Part shown: positions 1 through 8,952 of the stretch, piece by piece
Numbering within the stretch: the stretch's first letter is position 1
How the letters are laid out: the number at the start of each line of letters is the position of its first letter
DNA from: Anaerolineales bacterium
GTDB lineage: Bacteria > Chloroflexota > Anaerolineae > Anaerolineales > UBA11579
Assembly (NCBI GenBank): GCA_016935415.1
Contig: JAFGRA010000318.1
Span: forward strand, 1 to 58,875
Direction: 5' to 3'
DNA length: 58,875 nucleotides
Position numbers and translations under genes: made by a program
Notes under the pieces: model-generated
Seen by the model: the letters and a program-made list of their open reading frames with translations, nothing else
Database searches by the model: none
What the model was told of the DNA's origin: nothing

Positions 1-326
1 CCGATGCTGTCGATCGTGACATTGCCAGCATAACCTTCGTCCTGGAAACGTTCGGCCATGCGTTCAGCCAACGGGAACACCGTCGAGCTTCCTGCACTTA
101 CCACATCACCTTCAACGGTGAGGGGGTCTACCATTGGCAAAATTGCCTCTGGCATTTCCATGGGCTCTTCTTCCGATGCTTCTTCCATGGGTTCTTCTTC
201 CGGTTCTTCCACCGGCACTTCTTCCATGGGTTCTTCAGTGGGCGTCTCAGTGGCCCCACCACAAGCAGTGAGCGAAAGGGCGAACACTGCGATCAGTGCA
301 AGCAAAATATACAGTTTGCGTTGCAT
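1..326 (-). CDS. pstS: PstS-family phosphate-binding lipoprotein, N-terminal part only (gene runs off the left edge)
   Basis: Absent from the ORF track because no stop lies in the window. Manual reverse translation from ATG at 326-324 gives MQRKLYILLALIAVFALSLTAC (lipobox LTAC), then an acidic EEPMEE-type repeat linker, then VSAGSSTVFPLAERMAERFQDEGYAGNVTIDSIG, a PstS/PBP-like-2 N-terminal signature. AAGGAGG Shine-Dalgarno (complement of 336-342) lies 9 nt upstream. Confidence 0.8.
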   Translation of the reverse strand, partial: MQRKLYILLALIAVFALSLTACGGATETPTEEPMEEVPVEEPEEEPMEEASEEEPMEMPEAILPMVDPLTVEGDVVSAGSSTVFPLAERMAERFQDEGYAGNVTIDSI

Positions 327-401
327 ACAGAAATACCTCCTTAGTATTTTGAGAAAAGCAAATTTCGAGAAATTCTCGCTAGGGAGATGTTAGCATGCGT
401 C

Positions 402-462
402 GATTAATGTCAGGGTAAATTCCCTTTAACGGCAAGTCAATGGATTGTAAACAATAGATTAA
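402..462 (-). promoter_or_regulatory. Pho-box-like array: six direct TTnAnn hexamers phased at about 11 bp upstream of the truncated pstS
   Basis: On the minus strand: TTAATC (462-457), TTTACA (451-446), TTGACT (440-435), TTAAAG (429-424), TTTACC (419-414), TTAATC (407-402). Spacings are 11, 11, 11, 10 and 12 bp. Direct TT(A/T)ACA-like repeats with helical phasing are the known PhoB/PhoP binding architecture. A 13-nt palindrome CGAGAAATTCTCG (366-378) lies in the leader. Confidence 0.5.
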
Positions 463-494
463 CGAACTTCACTAAAAATAGCTTCCCCTTAAAC

Positions 495-528
495 CATTCT
501 TCTCCCCAGCGAGCAGGGGAGAAGAATG
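495..528 (-). terminator. Hairpin downstream of the histidine kinase gene (possible intrinsic terminator)
   Basis: 13-bp perfect stem CATTCTTCTCCCC (495-507) / GGGGAGAAGAATG (516-528) with an 8-nt loop. The trailing U-tract on the minus strand is weak (GTTTAAG), so termination efficiency is uncertain. Confidence 0.35.
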
Positions 529-655
529 TTAGAAGAGAAAGAAAAAGAAAATCAACTAGTAATTTTTATCGTTGCTCCTATGTTATCAAGGTTGGATTAA
601 AGTTAGGCGAAGAAGAGTTTAACGTCTTGTCAAGCCCCCGTAAACAAAATGTTAA

Positions 656-2428
656 TTACGATTTGTCAGCGATTGGGATGGTCAAATAGAAGGTACTGCC
701 TTCTCCTTCAACACTTTCAACCCAGATGCTTCCCCCGTGCGCCTCAACCAGATGGCGGGAAATCGCCAGTCCCAGTCCAGTGCCGCCATCGGCGCGGGCT
801 CGGTCTGCTTTATAGAAACGCTCAAACACCCTCGGTAGATCATCTCTGGGAATTCCTACACCTGTATCTTTGATTACAAATTGAACAAAATCCTTATTGC
901 CCAACTGGCAGGACAACTCGATCTCGCCACCAGCAGGGGTAAACTTGATCGCATTATGGACCAAATTGACCAGTACTTGTTCAAGCCGCGGTGGGTCGGC
1001 CAAAACAACAGGAAGGCCCTCCGGGCAGCTCACCTGCATCAATAAGTCTGCTCGTTCCGCTTGGAGCTTCAACCGGTCGCCTGCTTGTTGCAACAATAAA
1101 CATGGATCTGTTTCCTGCAATTGCAGCGGAACGCGACCGGATTCAATCCGAGACAACTCCAGCAATTCAGCCACCATATGTACAAGCGTATCTACTTCTA
1201 CTTCCATACGCTGTAGAAAGCGCCGGGCTGTTGGCGGATCATCCAAGGCACTGTCATAAAGTGTCTCAGCCAGAGCCTTTAACGACGCCAATGGAGTACG
1301 CAACTCATGGGAAATGTTGCTAATGAAATCTCTGCGGATTGTCTCGAGCCGGCGCACATCGGTGAAATCCTGGAATAGCAACAGCGAGTGTCCAGGCAGC
1401 GATTCACCTAATGGAGAAGCAATACCTTGAATGAATTTCTTCTTCTGCGGCAATTCCAGCGTGATTACCTGCTCTTCAGCTGTTTCTCGGCACTGTCGCC
1501 AAAGCTCAACGAATTGGTGATGCCGCAAAACGTGTACCAGCGACCGCCCAATTGCTTCCGGCGCGCTAGTCTCAAATAGATTCTCCCCGGCAGGATTAAT
1601 CAGGACAACATGTCCCTGGTCGTCAACGATCAGCACCCCATCCGTCATTTGGAGAAGCACGGCAGACAATTTGCTGCGTTCCGCCTGCAAATCATTGATC
1701 TGAGATCGCTGCTGCTGTGCCATATTATCCAAAGCCGTTGCAAGCGTTTCTATTTCTGAATTCCCGGGAGTCGAAATATATAAACGCCCCTCGAATTCAC
1801 CTTCGGCCATTCGTCTGGCCACAGTTGTCAATTCACGTAGCGGCCGCAACTCCCGCCAGGAAAGCCACCCCGCGATCAAGATGATCAACAACGCCGCTAG
1901 GATGGTACCGATCGTAATGTTTTCGCGCAATTTGAATAGACGGGCATCGATTTCTTCCAGCGCCAACGCTACTCGCGCCACACCAACTTCGCTTCCATCC
2001 ATAACAACTGGGACGCTGGCATAGAGCATGTCCGCCCCAATGGTCTGACTGAAGCGCAGGCTCGTTCCTGCCCCTTCCTCCAAAGCAGCAATCACTTCAG
2101 GTCGATCTCGATGATTTTCCATTATGGTTTGGTCTTCATGCGATTCCCCCAAAACCGTCCCATCCAGAGTAATTACCGTAATCCGGGCATCTAACTTATT
2201 GGACCAATCAAGCACCAACGCATCAAGGTCTTCTTGGTCTTCCAATATCCCTGGAGCGACCTTGAGGCTGTAAGCAACCAGGTCTGCCTTCGCTAACAAA
2301 GTCTCTTCCAGGTTATTGATATACAACTGGCGGATAAACCCAGTCAGGTAGACTTGAAATACCACAACCGTAATTACCAAAAGCAGGATATAGGGAAAAG
2401 CAATCCGCCAGCGAATACTCTTAAACAT
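656..2428 (-). CDS. phoR: Sensor histidine kinase, PhoR-type (TM - HAMP - PAS - HisKA - HATPase_c)
   Basis: H-box FISNISHELRTPLASLKALAETL, N-box LVNLVHNAIKF, G-boxes DTGVGIP and GGTGLGLAI. The motif ERFYKADRAR is typical of PhoR-like kinases. N-terminal TM helix plus a second TM before a HAMP-like segment. Adjacent to an OmpR-family regulator and pst genes. Confidence 0.85.
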   Translation of the reverse strand: MFKSIRWRIAFPYILLLVITVVVFQVYLTGFIRQLYINNLEETLLAKADLVAYSLKVAPGILEDQEDLDALVLDWSNKLDARITVITLDGTVLGESHEDQTIMENHRDRPEVIAALEEGAGTSLRFSQTIGADMLYASVPVVMDGSEVGVARVALALEEIDARLFKLRENITIGTILAALLIILIAGWLSWRELRPLRELTTVARRMAEGEFEGRLYISTPGNSEIETLATALDNMAQQQRSQINDLQAERSKLSAVLLQMTDGVLIVDDQGHVVLINPAGENLFETSAPEAIGRSLVHVLRHHQFVELWRQCRETAEEQVITLELPQKKKFIQGIASPLGESLPGHSLLLFQDFTDVRRLETIRRDFISNISHELRTPLASLKALAETLYDSALDDPPTARRFLQRMEVEVDTLVHMVAELLELSRIESGRVPLQLQETDPCLLLQQAGDRLKLQAERADLLMQVSCPEGLPVVLADPPRLEQVLVNLVHNAIKFTPAGGEIELSCQLGNKDFVQFVIKDTGVGIPRDDLPRVFERFYKADRARADGGTGLGLAISRHLVEAHGGSIWVESVEGEGSTFYLTIPIADKS

Positions 2429-2439
2429 CTTGAAAGAAT

Positions 2440-3144
2440 TTAACCCTCAAACCGGTAGCCTGCGCCGCGTACCGTCACGATTCTCACCGGATTAGACGAA
2501 TCCGGCTCAATCTTCGAGCGCAGCCAGCGCACGTGCACGTCCACAGTGCGTGTTCCACCACTGAAATCCCATCCCCACACACGTTCCAAAATCAAAGAAC
2601 GCGACAAAACTTGTCCACGATGACGCGCAAAAAAAAGGAGCAGGTCATATTCCTTTGGCTTTAATGCCAAAGCCTCATCTTTCAGGCGAACTTCATGCCG
2701 GGATTGATCGATCTCTAAATCGCCAAATTCGAGCATATCGGCCACCGGCGGTGCCTGTGTATCAGCTTCTTCTCGGATCAAACGCACCCGCCGCAATACG
2801 GCCTTCACCCGCGCCAGGAATTCGCGCATGGAAAAGGGTTTGGTCATGTAGTCATCAGCACCTAATTCCAGGCCCAAGACCCGGTCGATCTCCTCATCTT
2901 TCGCGGTCAACATCAAGATCGGCAGGTTCATTTCCTTACGGAGAATGCGCGTCACATCAAAACCATCCAGCCCCGGCAGCATAATGTCCAATACAATCAA
3001 ATCTGGTTGTATTCGCCGAGCAGCTTCCAAGGCCACTGTCCCATCCCCCACTGCTTCAACCTCGTACCCTTGCCTTTCTAGGTTATAGGCTAATGTTTCC
3101 CGCAAGGAGACTTCATCTTCGACTACGAGTATTTTCTCAACCAT
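2440..3144 (-). CDS. phoB: OmpR/PhoB-family response regulator (receiver + winged-helix DNA-binding domain)
   Basis: ILVVEDE...[14 protein letters not shown]...MLTAKDEE receiver motifs. C-terminal [31 protein letters not shown]...[13 protein letters not shown]...[11 protein letters not shown] trans_reg_C signature. 11-nt gap to the kinase gene. Confidence 0.85.
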   Translation of the reverse strand: MVEKILVVEDEVSLRETLAYNLERQGYEVEAVGDGTVALEAARRIQPDLIVLDIMLPGLDGFDVTRILRKEMNLPILMLTAKDEEIDRVLGLELGADDYMTKPFSMREFLARVKAVLRRVRLIREEADTQAPPVADMLEFGDLEIDQSRHEVRLKDEALALKPKEYDLLLFFARHRGQVLSRSLILERVWGWDFSGGTRTVDVHVRWLRSKIEPDSSNPVRIVTVRGAGYRFEG

Positions 3145-3294
3145 TGTGCCTCAACTTTTCCACGCATGATTGTTAACAAGCGCCTGCATTCTATCATAGC
3201 CTATATGAATTAGGAAACCAGCAATTCTATTGTTTTTAAGAATTCAAGTTAGAGATTTAACCAACACTCAATTGGCTATGCGCAATTCAATAAT

Positions 3295-5262
3295 TTAAGG
3301 CAAAAAGTGCACACAGACATCATGCCTGGAAATAATTTGTCGAGACCAAATCCATGCCCCCGATTCATCCAATTCCAGAAGTTCGCCCGTCTCGCATGCA
3401 ACAGCTTCATACCCTACCGGAGGAATAACACGAACTTGAACATTTATTTCATCCACACCAGCCTGCTTTCCCACCCTGATGCGATAAGTCAGATTGCCTG
3501 CATTGTCTGATTCGACAATGGCGGCAGGCAGCATATAATTGAGTTCAACGGTTTCTGTCGTATGCGTAGGCAAGACGAGCAAACCTGATAAAACTGTTGT
3601 ACCGTTTTCTCCAACCGCTTGAAGCACTGTACCCGGCCAGTCTTCGCCGCTCAACAGCCATTCACCCAGAACCTGAGCTGTCGAGTAACCGACCAGTTCA
3701 GTTTGCGCGGGTGTATAGATACGCCAGTAATCCCAATAGCAAGCTTCCTGCAAGTTTTGGTAAACGCCACCCCCAAATGATGGCTGGTGAACGCACTCGA
3801 CATCTTTCTGTACCAGGTTCGTGTACGTGACAGCCAGAGCAGCTTTGGGGTCAGCAGGCTCACTGAGATCAACTTCGTATTCGATTGAGCGGGCGATATT
3901 GGGATCGACCTTGTTGAAGCCAATATTCGAGTCGACCAGCAACAGGTAGTCGCCTTTTCCATGATCCAGCCCTCCATCCCAATCTAGCGCCGTCAACAGC
4001 GCCTGTGCGCCAGGATCATGCAAATAGATTTGCAGATGCCCTTGCTGCGCCGCCTGTTGAAGCCCTAGAGCCAAGTTTTTCAGCGTTCGCACATCACGCG
4101 TTTGTAAAAGTGCATTCAGCAGCGCGCTGCCTAATTCCTTCATAAAATCTTTCCGGCTGGCCCGCCACGCCTGCGACAAATCACCACCCTCTCCCGGAGA
4201 CCACGCTTCCTGCAAATATAGTTCAATATTTTCCGATGATAAAGTTTGATCTATCCCCGCCACCTGGATTGGCCCGGTTGCCTCAAGGATAAAGCCAATC
4301 GCCTGCTGGTCAAAGGCCACCACCCCACGAGTTTCCACCCCGGTCGAATAAGTATACAAGGCTTGCATCTGTCGAGCTGCCGCAGGAAAGTCCGGCGACC
4401 AATTCCCATCTCGCGGCATCCAATAATCAGCCAACATAAAATCACGCAATGGCGCTGGCGGCGAAGGATAGCGCTTTGACAAATCATCCACCTGATACGA
4501 ATCCCCCAATTCGAAGGCGACCAATTCGCCGTGATATAACTGCACCGTTCCTAAGCCGGTCACAAATCCACCCGTCGCCCTGATCTCATCGCTGTTCTGT
4601 GCCATCAGCAAGTAGTGTGCCGGTTCAGATTCCCCCATCATCTCCGACAACTGCCCCAGCACCACCACGCCTTGGTACAACTGCACCCAATGGGTATCTA
4701 GTAACTTCAGGTAATGTGCCAGACGCTCCGGCAAACGCTCTGCATCCAATTGCTGCCGGGACTGTGTCGCCTTATCTAAAGCACTGCGCGCAGCCATAAA
4801 CTCCGGTTGCCCATCCAGCGCACCCTGGTACATCAATTCTGGCGTCGATAGTTCCTCACCACCCTCGCCTTGAACAACAGCGAGCATTGGCAAGAAACCG
4901 CGATACAGCGCGTTCCCGGCAACTAGCATATCCACGCCAAAATCAATTCCCGGGGTAACCTGCGCCGCGTATGGCCCAACGATTGGCAAATGCGCGGCCA
5001 ACCTACATCCAAATAAAACCGGCTGAGTATAAATACGGATCATACGCAGATCGCGTTCCACATGCTCTAGTTGGACACCTACTTGCTCGAAATCGAAACT
5101 ATCCAGGTCAATCGTGTCCAGGGAATAAGCGCGAAGCTGGCGAGCGGTCAACAGCAGTCTCCCGCCATGAAAGCCAAGCAGCAATGCCCAAATCCCCACA
5201 ATCACCATTAGCCAAAGGGGAAATTTTTTGATCCAAAACTCTCGAATTACTTGCATAACCAA
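3295..5262 (-). CDS. DUF4012-like membrane-anchored extracytoplasmic protein
   Basis: N-terminal TM helix (FPLWLMVIVGIWALLLGF). Central NSDEIRATGGFVTGLG motif resembles the conserved E-x-R-x-x-GG-F core of DUF4012 proteins. Function unknown. Confidence 0.6.
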   Translation of the reverse strand: MVMQVIREFWIKKFPLWLMVIVGIWALLLGFHGGRLLLTARQLRAYSLDTIDLDSFDFEQVGVQLEHVERDLRMIRIYTQPVLFGCRLAAHLPIVGPYAAQVTPGIDFGVDMLVAGNALYRGFLPMLAVVQGEGGEELSTPELMYQGALDGQPEFMAARSALDKATQSRQQLDAERLPERLAHYLKLLDTHWVQLYQGVVVLGQLSEMMGESEPAHYLLMAQNSDEIRATGGFVTGLGTVQLYHGELVAFELGDSYQVDDLSKRYPSPPAPLRDFMLADYWMPRDGNWSPDFPAAARQMQALYTYSTGVETRGVVAFDQQAIGFILEATGPIQVAGIDQTLSSENIELYLQEAWSPGEGGDLSQAWRASRKDFMKELGSALLNALLQTRDVRTLKNLALGLQQAAQQGHLQIYLHDPGAQALLTALDWDGGLDHGKGDYLLLVDSNIGFNKVDPNIARSIEYEVDLSEPADPKAALAVTYTNLVQKDVECVHQPSFGGGVYQNLQEACYWDYWRIYTPAQTELVGYSTAQVLGEWLLSGEDWPGTVLQAVGENGTTVLSGLLVLPTHTTETVELNYMLPAAIVESDNAGNLTYRIRVGKQAGVDEINVQVRVIPPVGYEAVACETGELLELDESGAWIWSRQIISRHDVCVHFLP

Positions 5263-5290
5263 TTACACTCAATCCAATTGAACCACATTC

Positions 5291-6814
5291 TCATTCTGCC
5301 TGGCATTGAAACTCAATCCCATAAGTGCTGCTCTCATCCGCCCAACTAAGACAAACCGGGCGAGAGGTATTTAATTGCACTAACGCTGCTTGCCAGGCCG
5401 CGGAAGGCTCCACATCTATGGCCGGATAATCCAGGTCAGGATAAGTATGCATCAAATTTTGGCGATACCAGGTAAACTGAGTAAGCGCTGGAACGACAAT
5501 ACGCACGTCCGGTCGTATCCCCAGACCAAAGTGATAATACCAAAGCGGGAAGATATCCTGATCCGATTCTGGAGCCAGGATTGCATCCGATGGAATGGTT
5601 TCAAGATAATGTTCTGCAAACCGCGCCGGACGGACATCGTTGCGCGGATCGACCACGGAATAATTCCCTGGCACGCGCGCCAAGATCAAAAGCATACCAA
5701 CCACCACGGCAAATTTTCCCCAAGGTATTTTTTGAGTACCCAATTGCCACAAACCTTCAATCCCTCTGCCAATCCAGACAACCAAGGCAATCAGCGCCGG
5801 AATCAGATATGCGACCGAATCAGCCGTGTTGTAACCAATCGCAAAAATCGAATACACCGCAAACACCCAGATCAGCGCGCCTTGCATAAATCTATTCTTA
5901 GGCGGAAATTGGACTGCCCCCACCACGCCAAGCAACAAACCGGCCACACCAAATTGTTCTTTCAGAAGACTCGCCCAGGCGAACAAACGCTGCTGGATCA
6001 TCGCCGGAGGGATTCCAAATGCCAGTTGACCATAAGCCTGCCCACTTACTTCCCACACGAAACCATCCCATGTTTGCGGGTTGCCCCAGTTCACAGCCGG
6101 ATGCCGGCTGGCGGCAAGCGGCAAATAAATATATACACATAACCCCAGCAGCCCGAAAAAAAATTGTCCCACAAAAATTCTGCGCGCCAATCCCTGCTTG
6201 CTAGCCCGCCAGACCGCAAGCGCAACTATCGGAACGATCAATACCAAAGTAATGTGATTCCCAAAACCTGCTCCAAAGGCAAACGCCAATCCATAGAGCA
6301 AAGCATCGCCCGGTTGCAAAACTTGATATTTCAAAAGTAAGCTCGACCAATATAGTGCCAATACGATGAACAACGCTTGCAAAGCGTACACTTCAACAAT
6401 TACAGCATGTCCCCAGAAAAGCGGTGCCACCCCTACCACCAATCCAGACAACGCGCCAATCAGCATCCCCCTATTCTTGTCCTCGCCTTCTTCTGCACCC
6501 AACAACTGATACCAACTCGCCATCAGCCCCACTGCCAATACCGCCGCCACCATCGACAAAAGTGAGGCGCGCAAATAAGGCGTCCCGACAGGAATGAGTT
6601 GGAACAGCTTACCTAGTAAAGTATAAGTCGGGTAGCCGGTTGGATGCGGAACGCCGCTTACCAACATAGCCGTCAATAAATCCCCGCCATCAGCGCCATA
6701 CGCGTTCCCGGTCAAATCGCCAGATGCCATTGAAAGATAAAGCGCCAAAAGCGCCAGGATCAAAATAGCATTTGCGTTCCGGCTGAAGTTATGGAATAAT
6801 TTATCTTTCGGCAT
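5291..6814 (-). CDS. GT-C-fold polytopic membrane glycosyltransferase-like protein (DUF2723/TMEM260-like)
   Basis: More than 10 predicted TM helices. N-terminal loop GDLLTAMLVSGVPHPTGYPTYTLLGKLF resembles the DUF2723 (protein O-mannosyltransferase-related) signature. Confidence 0.6.
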   Translation of the reverse strand: MPKDKLFHNFSRNANAILILALLALYLSMASGDLTGNAYGADGGDLLTAMLVSGVPHPTGYPTYTLLGKLFQLIPVGTPYLRASLLSMVAAVLAVGLMASWYQLLGAEEGEDKNRGMLIGALSGLVVGVAPLFWGHAVIVEVYALQALFIVLALYWSSLLLKYQVLQPGDALLYGLAFAFGAGFGNHITLVLIVPIVALAVWRASKQGLARRIFVGQFFFGLLGLCVYIYLPLAASRHPAVNWGNPQTWDGFVWEVSGQAYGQLAFGIPPAMIQQRLFAWASLLKEQFGVAGLLLGVVGAVQFPPKNRFMQGALIWVFAVYSIFAIGYNTADSVAYLIPALIALVVWIGRGIEGLWQLGTQKIPWGKFAVVVGMLLILARVPGNYSVVDPRNDVRPARFAEHYLETIPSDAILAPESDQDIFPLWYYHFGLGIRPDVRIVVPALTQFTWYRQNLMHTYPDLDYPAIDVEPSAAWQAALVQLNTSRPVCLSWADESSTYGIEFQCQAE

Positions 6815-6908
6815 AGCAGTAAATGGTTCAATGAAGTGTTTTGTTGTGCCAGTATATCATTACATTTATAATTAGACAGAATTTTTCACTCAAATCAAAT
6901 CAGGAATT

Positions 6909-8147
6909 ATGCCAGATCAAACCCTCCCCAAATTGCGTCGGTCGATCGATCCTCGGTCAATCCATCATAATGGTCACACGTACATCCTTTTACGCGACCC
7001 TTTGCAACTTTCGGAGATGAACGTGCTGGTGCCTCAGACCCTGGCACCTGTCCTCATACTGTGCGACGGAACCCGCGATCAGCTTAGCATGCAAAAAATT
7101 CTGGCGGAACACTTTCACATCCGTGTTGAGATCGATGAAATCGAGGAACTTATCTCAACCCTGGATAATTCCTGCCTGCTGGAGAACGTCCACTTTCAAG
7201 AAGCTCAAGCTGAAGCCATCAAAGCCTACCGCGCCGCCTCCCACCGCAAACCCCTGCTGGCAGGAAACTCCTATCCAGAACATCCCGACAGTCTCCGAAA
7301 ATCCCTGGACGAATACCTGCAAAATATAGCAAGCATCGCACCAGTATCGCTCAACGGCAACTCACCAGATCATTTCCTGCATGGTGTGATCAGCCCGCAT
7401 ATTGATTATCTGCGCGGCGGGAATGTCTATGCGCAAACCTGGAAATGCGCTCAGCAACTGGCTCAGGAAGCTGATTTAGCGATCATTTTAGGTACCGATC
7501 ATTACGGCGCCAGCGAAACTCCGACCTTGACCCGTCAAAACTATGCCACGCCATACGGCGTTTTGCCTACCGCCGTAGACATCGTTGATGCGCTGGCCGA
7601 GGTAATCGGCCCCGAACAGGCCTTTTCCGGCGAGTTGCGCCATATCGGTGAACACTCCGTCGAGCTTTCGTCCGTATGGCTGCACCATATGCGGCAAGGT
7701 AAGCCCTACGAGATCCTCCCCATCCTATGCGGCTCATTTGAGCGCTACACCTTTGGTGAGGGGATACCAGAAAGTGACACTCCCACTAACCATTTCATCG
7801 ATACCATTCTAGAAATGACCAAAGACAAGCGCGTATTAGTAGTCGCTTCGGCCGACCTATCCCACGTCGGGCCGGCATTTGATGGCGACCCCTTGGATGA
7901 TACCGGTAAAGCAGTTGTGCAAACTGCCGACACGGTGCTGCTCGACAACATCTGCCAGGGAGATGCCCAGGGCTTCTTTGCTGCCAACAAGAAAGATAAA
8001 GACCAGTACAACGTGTGCGGTCTCGTGCCCATCTACATGGCGCTGCGCTTGCTTGGCGGGCAAACCGGCGAACTGGTTTCTTACGAGCAGTGTCCGGCTG
8101 ATGATGTTAATACTTCTATCGTCTCGGTCTGCGGTGTTGTATTTTAG
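6909..8147 (+). CDS. MEMO1-family protein (AmmeMemoRadiSam system protein B type) with an extra N-terminal domain of about 100 aa
   Basis: MEMO motifs: GVISPHIDYLRGGNVYA, ILGTDHY, VVASADLSHVG, YNVCGLVPIYMAL. N-terminal residues about 20-100 resemble a PqqD-like domain (see findings). Confidence 0.75.
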   Translation: MPDQTLPKLRRSIDPRSIHHNGHTYILLRDPLQLSEMNVLVPQTLAPVLILCDGTRDQLSMQKILAEHFHIRVEIDEIEELISTLDNSCLLENVHFQEAQAEAIKAYRAASHRKPLLAGNSYPEHPDSLRKSLDEYLQNIASIAPVSLNGNSPDHFLHGVISPHIDYLRGGNVYAQTWKCAQQLAQEADLAIILGTDHYGASETPTLTRQNYATPYGVLPTAVDIVDALAEVIGPEQAFSGELRHIGEHSVELSSVWLHHMRQGKPYEILPILCGSFERYTFGEGIPESDTPTNHFIDTILEMTKDKRVLVVASADLSHVGPAFDGDPLDDTGKAVVQTADTVLLDNICQGDAQGFFAANKKDKDQYNVCGLVPIYMALRLLGGQTGELVSYEQCPADDVNTSIVSVCGVVF

Positions 8148-8187
8148 ACATCTTTTTGATTACAATTTTTTGTGAAGGAGAATTGCT

Positions 8188-8952
8188 ATGAATTGGATCA
8201 CCGACCCAGAAGTTTGGATCGCATTGATTACCCTAACCACCCTGGAGATTGTCCTCGGCATTGATAATATCGTTTTCATCACCATCCTGGCGGACAAACT
8301 CTCCAAGGATCAAAGGGAACGAGCGCGTGCGATCGGTTTAGCGCTTGCCATGGTCTCACGCATCATTTTGCTGCTTTCGCTTTCCTGGATCATCCGCCTG
8401 ACCGCCCCTCTCTTTACAGTTTTCTCATTGGAGATTTCAGGCCGAGATATCATCCTGATCGTCGGCGGCGTTTTCTTGCTGGCAAAGAGCACCTTTGAAA
8501 TTCACGATAAGCTCGAGGGTGAGGAAGGCCACGCCAGCGCGGCCACGCAAGCAACACTTGGCGCCGTACTTGTCCAGATCATGCTGCTGGACGTGGTTTT
8601 TTCTCTGGACTCAGTGATTACTGCGGTCGGCATGGTTGATCAGGTTGGTGTAATGATCGCCGCCATCATCATTGCCGTGGCCGTCATGCTGCTCGCCGTC
8701 AACTCGATCAGTGCATTCGTCACCGAACACCCCACTATTAAAATTCTGGCACTTAGTTTCCTGCTGCTGATCGGTTTCTCCCTGGTCGTTGAGGGTTTAC
8801 ACCAACACATCCCCAAGGGCTACATTTACTTCGCCATGGGCTTCTCAGTTTTTGTTGAATTCCTCAACCTGCGTTTGACCACAAAATCGGACAAGCCCGT
8901 GAAGCTCAAGGAAGCTTACGTCGAAGAAAAGAAAGTCGCGCCCAAAAACTAA
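8188..8952 (+). CDS. TerC-family integral membrane protein
   Basis: LEIVLGIDNIVFITILA and second-repeat VFSLDSVITAVGM motifs typical of TerC/YoaE-type proteins. Seven or more TM helices. Confidence 0.8.
   Translation: MNWITDPEVWIALITLTTLEIVLGIDNIVFITILADKLSKDQRERARAIGLALAMVSRIILLLSLSWIIRLTAPLFTVFSLEISGRDIILIVGGVFLLAKSTFEIHDKLEGEEGHASAATQATLGAVLVQIMLLDVVFSLDSVITAVGMVDQVGVMIAAIIIAVAVMLLAVNSISAFVTEHPTIKILALSFLLLIGFSLVVEGLHQHIPKGYIYFAMGFSVFVEFLNLRLTTKSDKPVKLKEAYVEEKKVAPKN

Noticed and set aside
58-393. 111-aa plus-strand ORF rich in S/G/M repeats (MGSSS...)
   Set aside because: It is the antisense shadow of the acidic EEPMEE-repeat linker of the minus-strand pstS gene, which has a lipobox, a PstS signature and a strong SD. 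The low-complexity composition is a mirror artefact.
5390-6142. 250-aa plus-strand ORF
   Set aside because: Antisense to the GT-C membrane protein gene. Highly basic (R/H/K/P-rich) translation of a hydrophobic-protein antisense strand.
8148-8187. yybP-ykoY (Mn) riboswitch upstream of the TerC-family gene
   Set aside because: Only about 40 nt separate the upstream stop from the TerC start, too short for that riboswitch.
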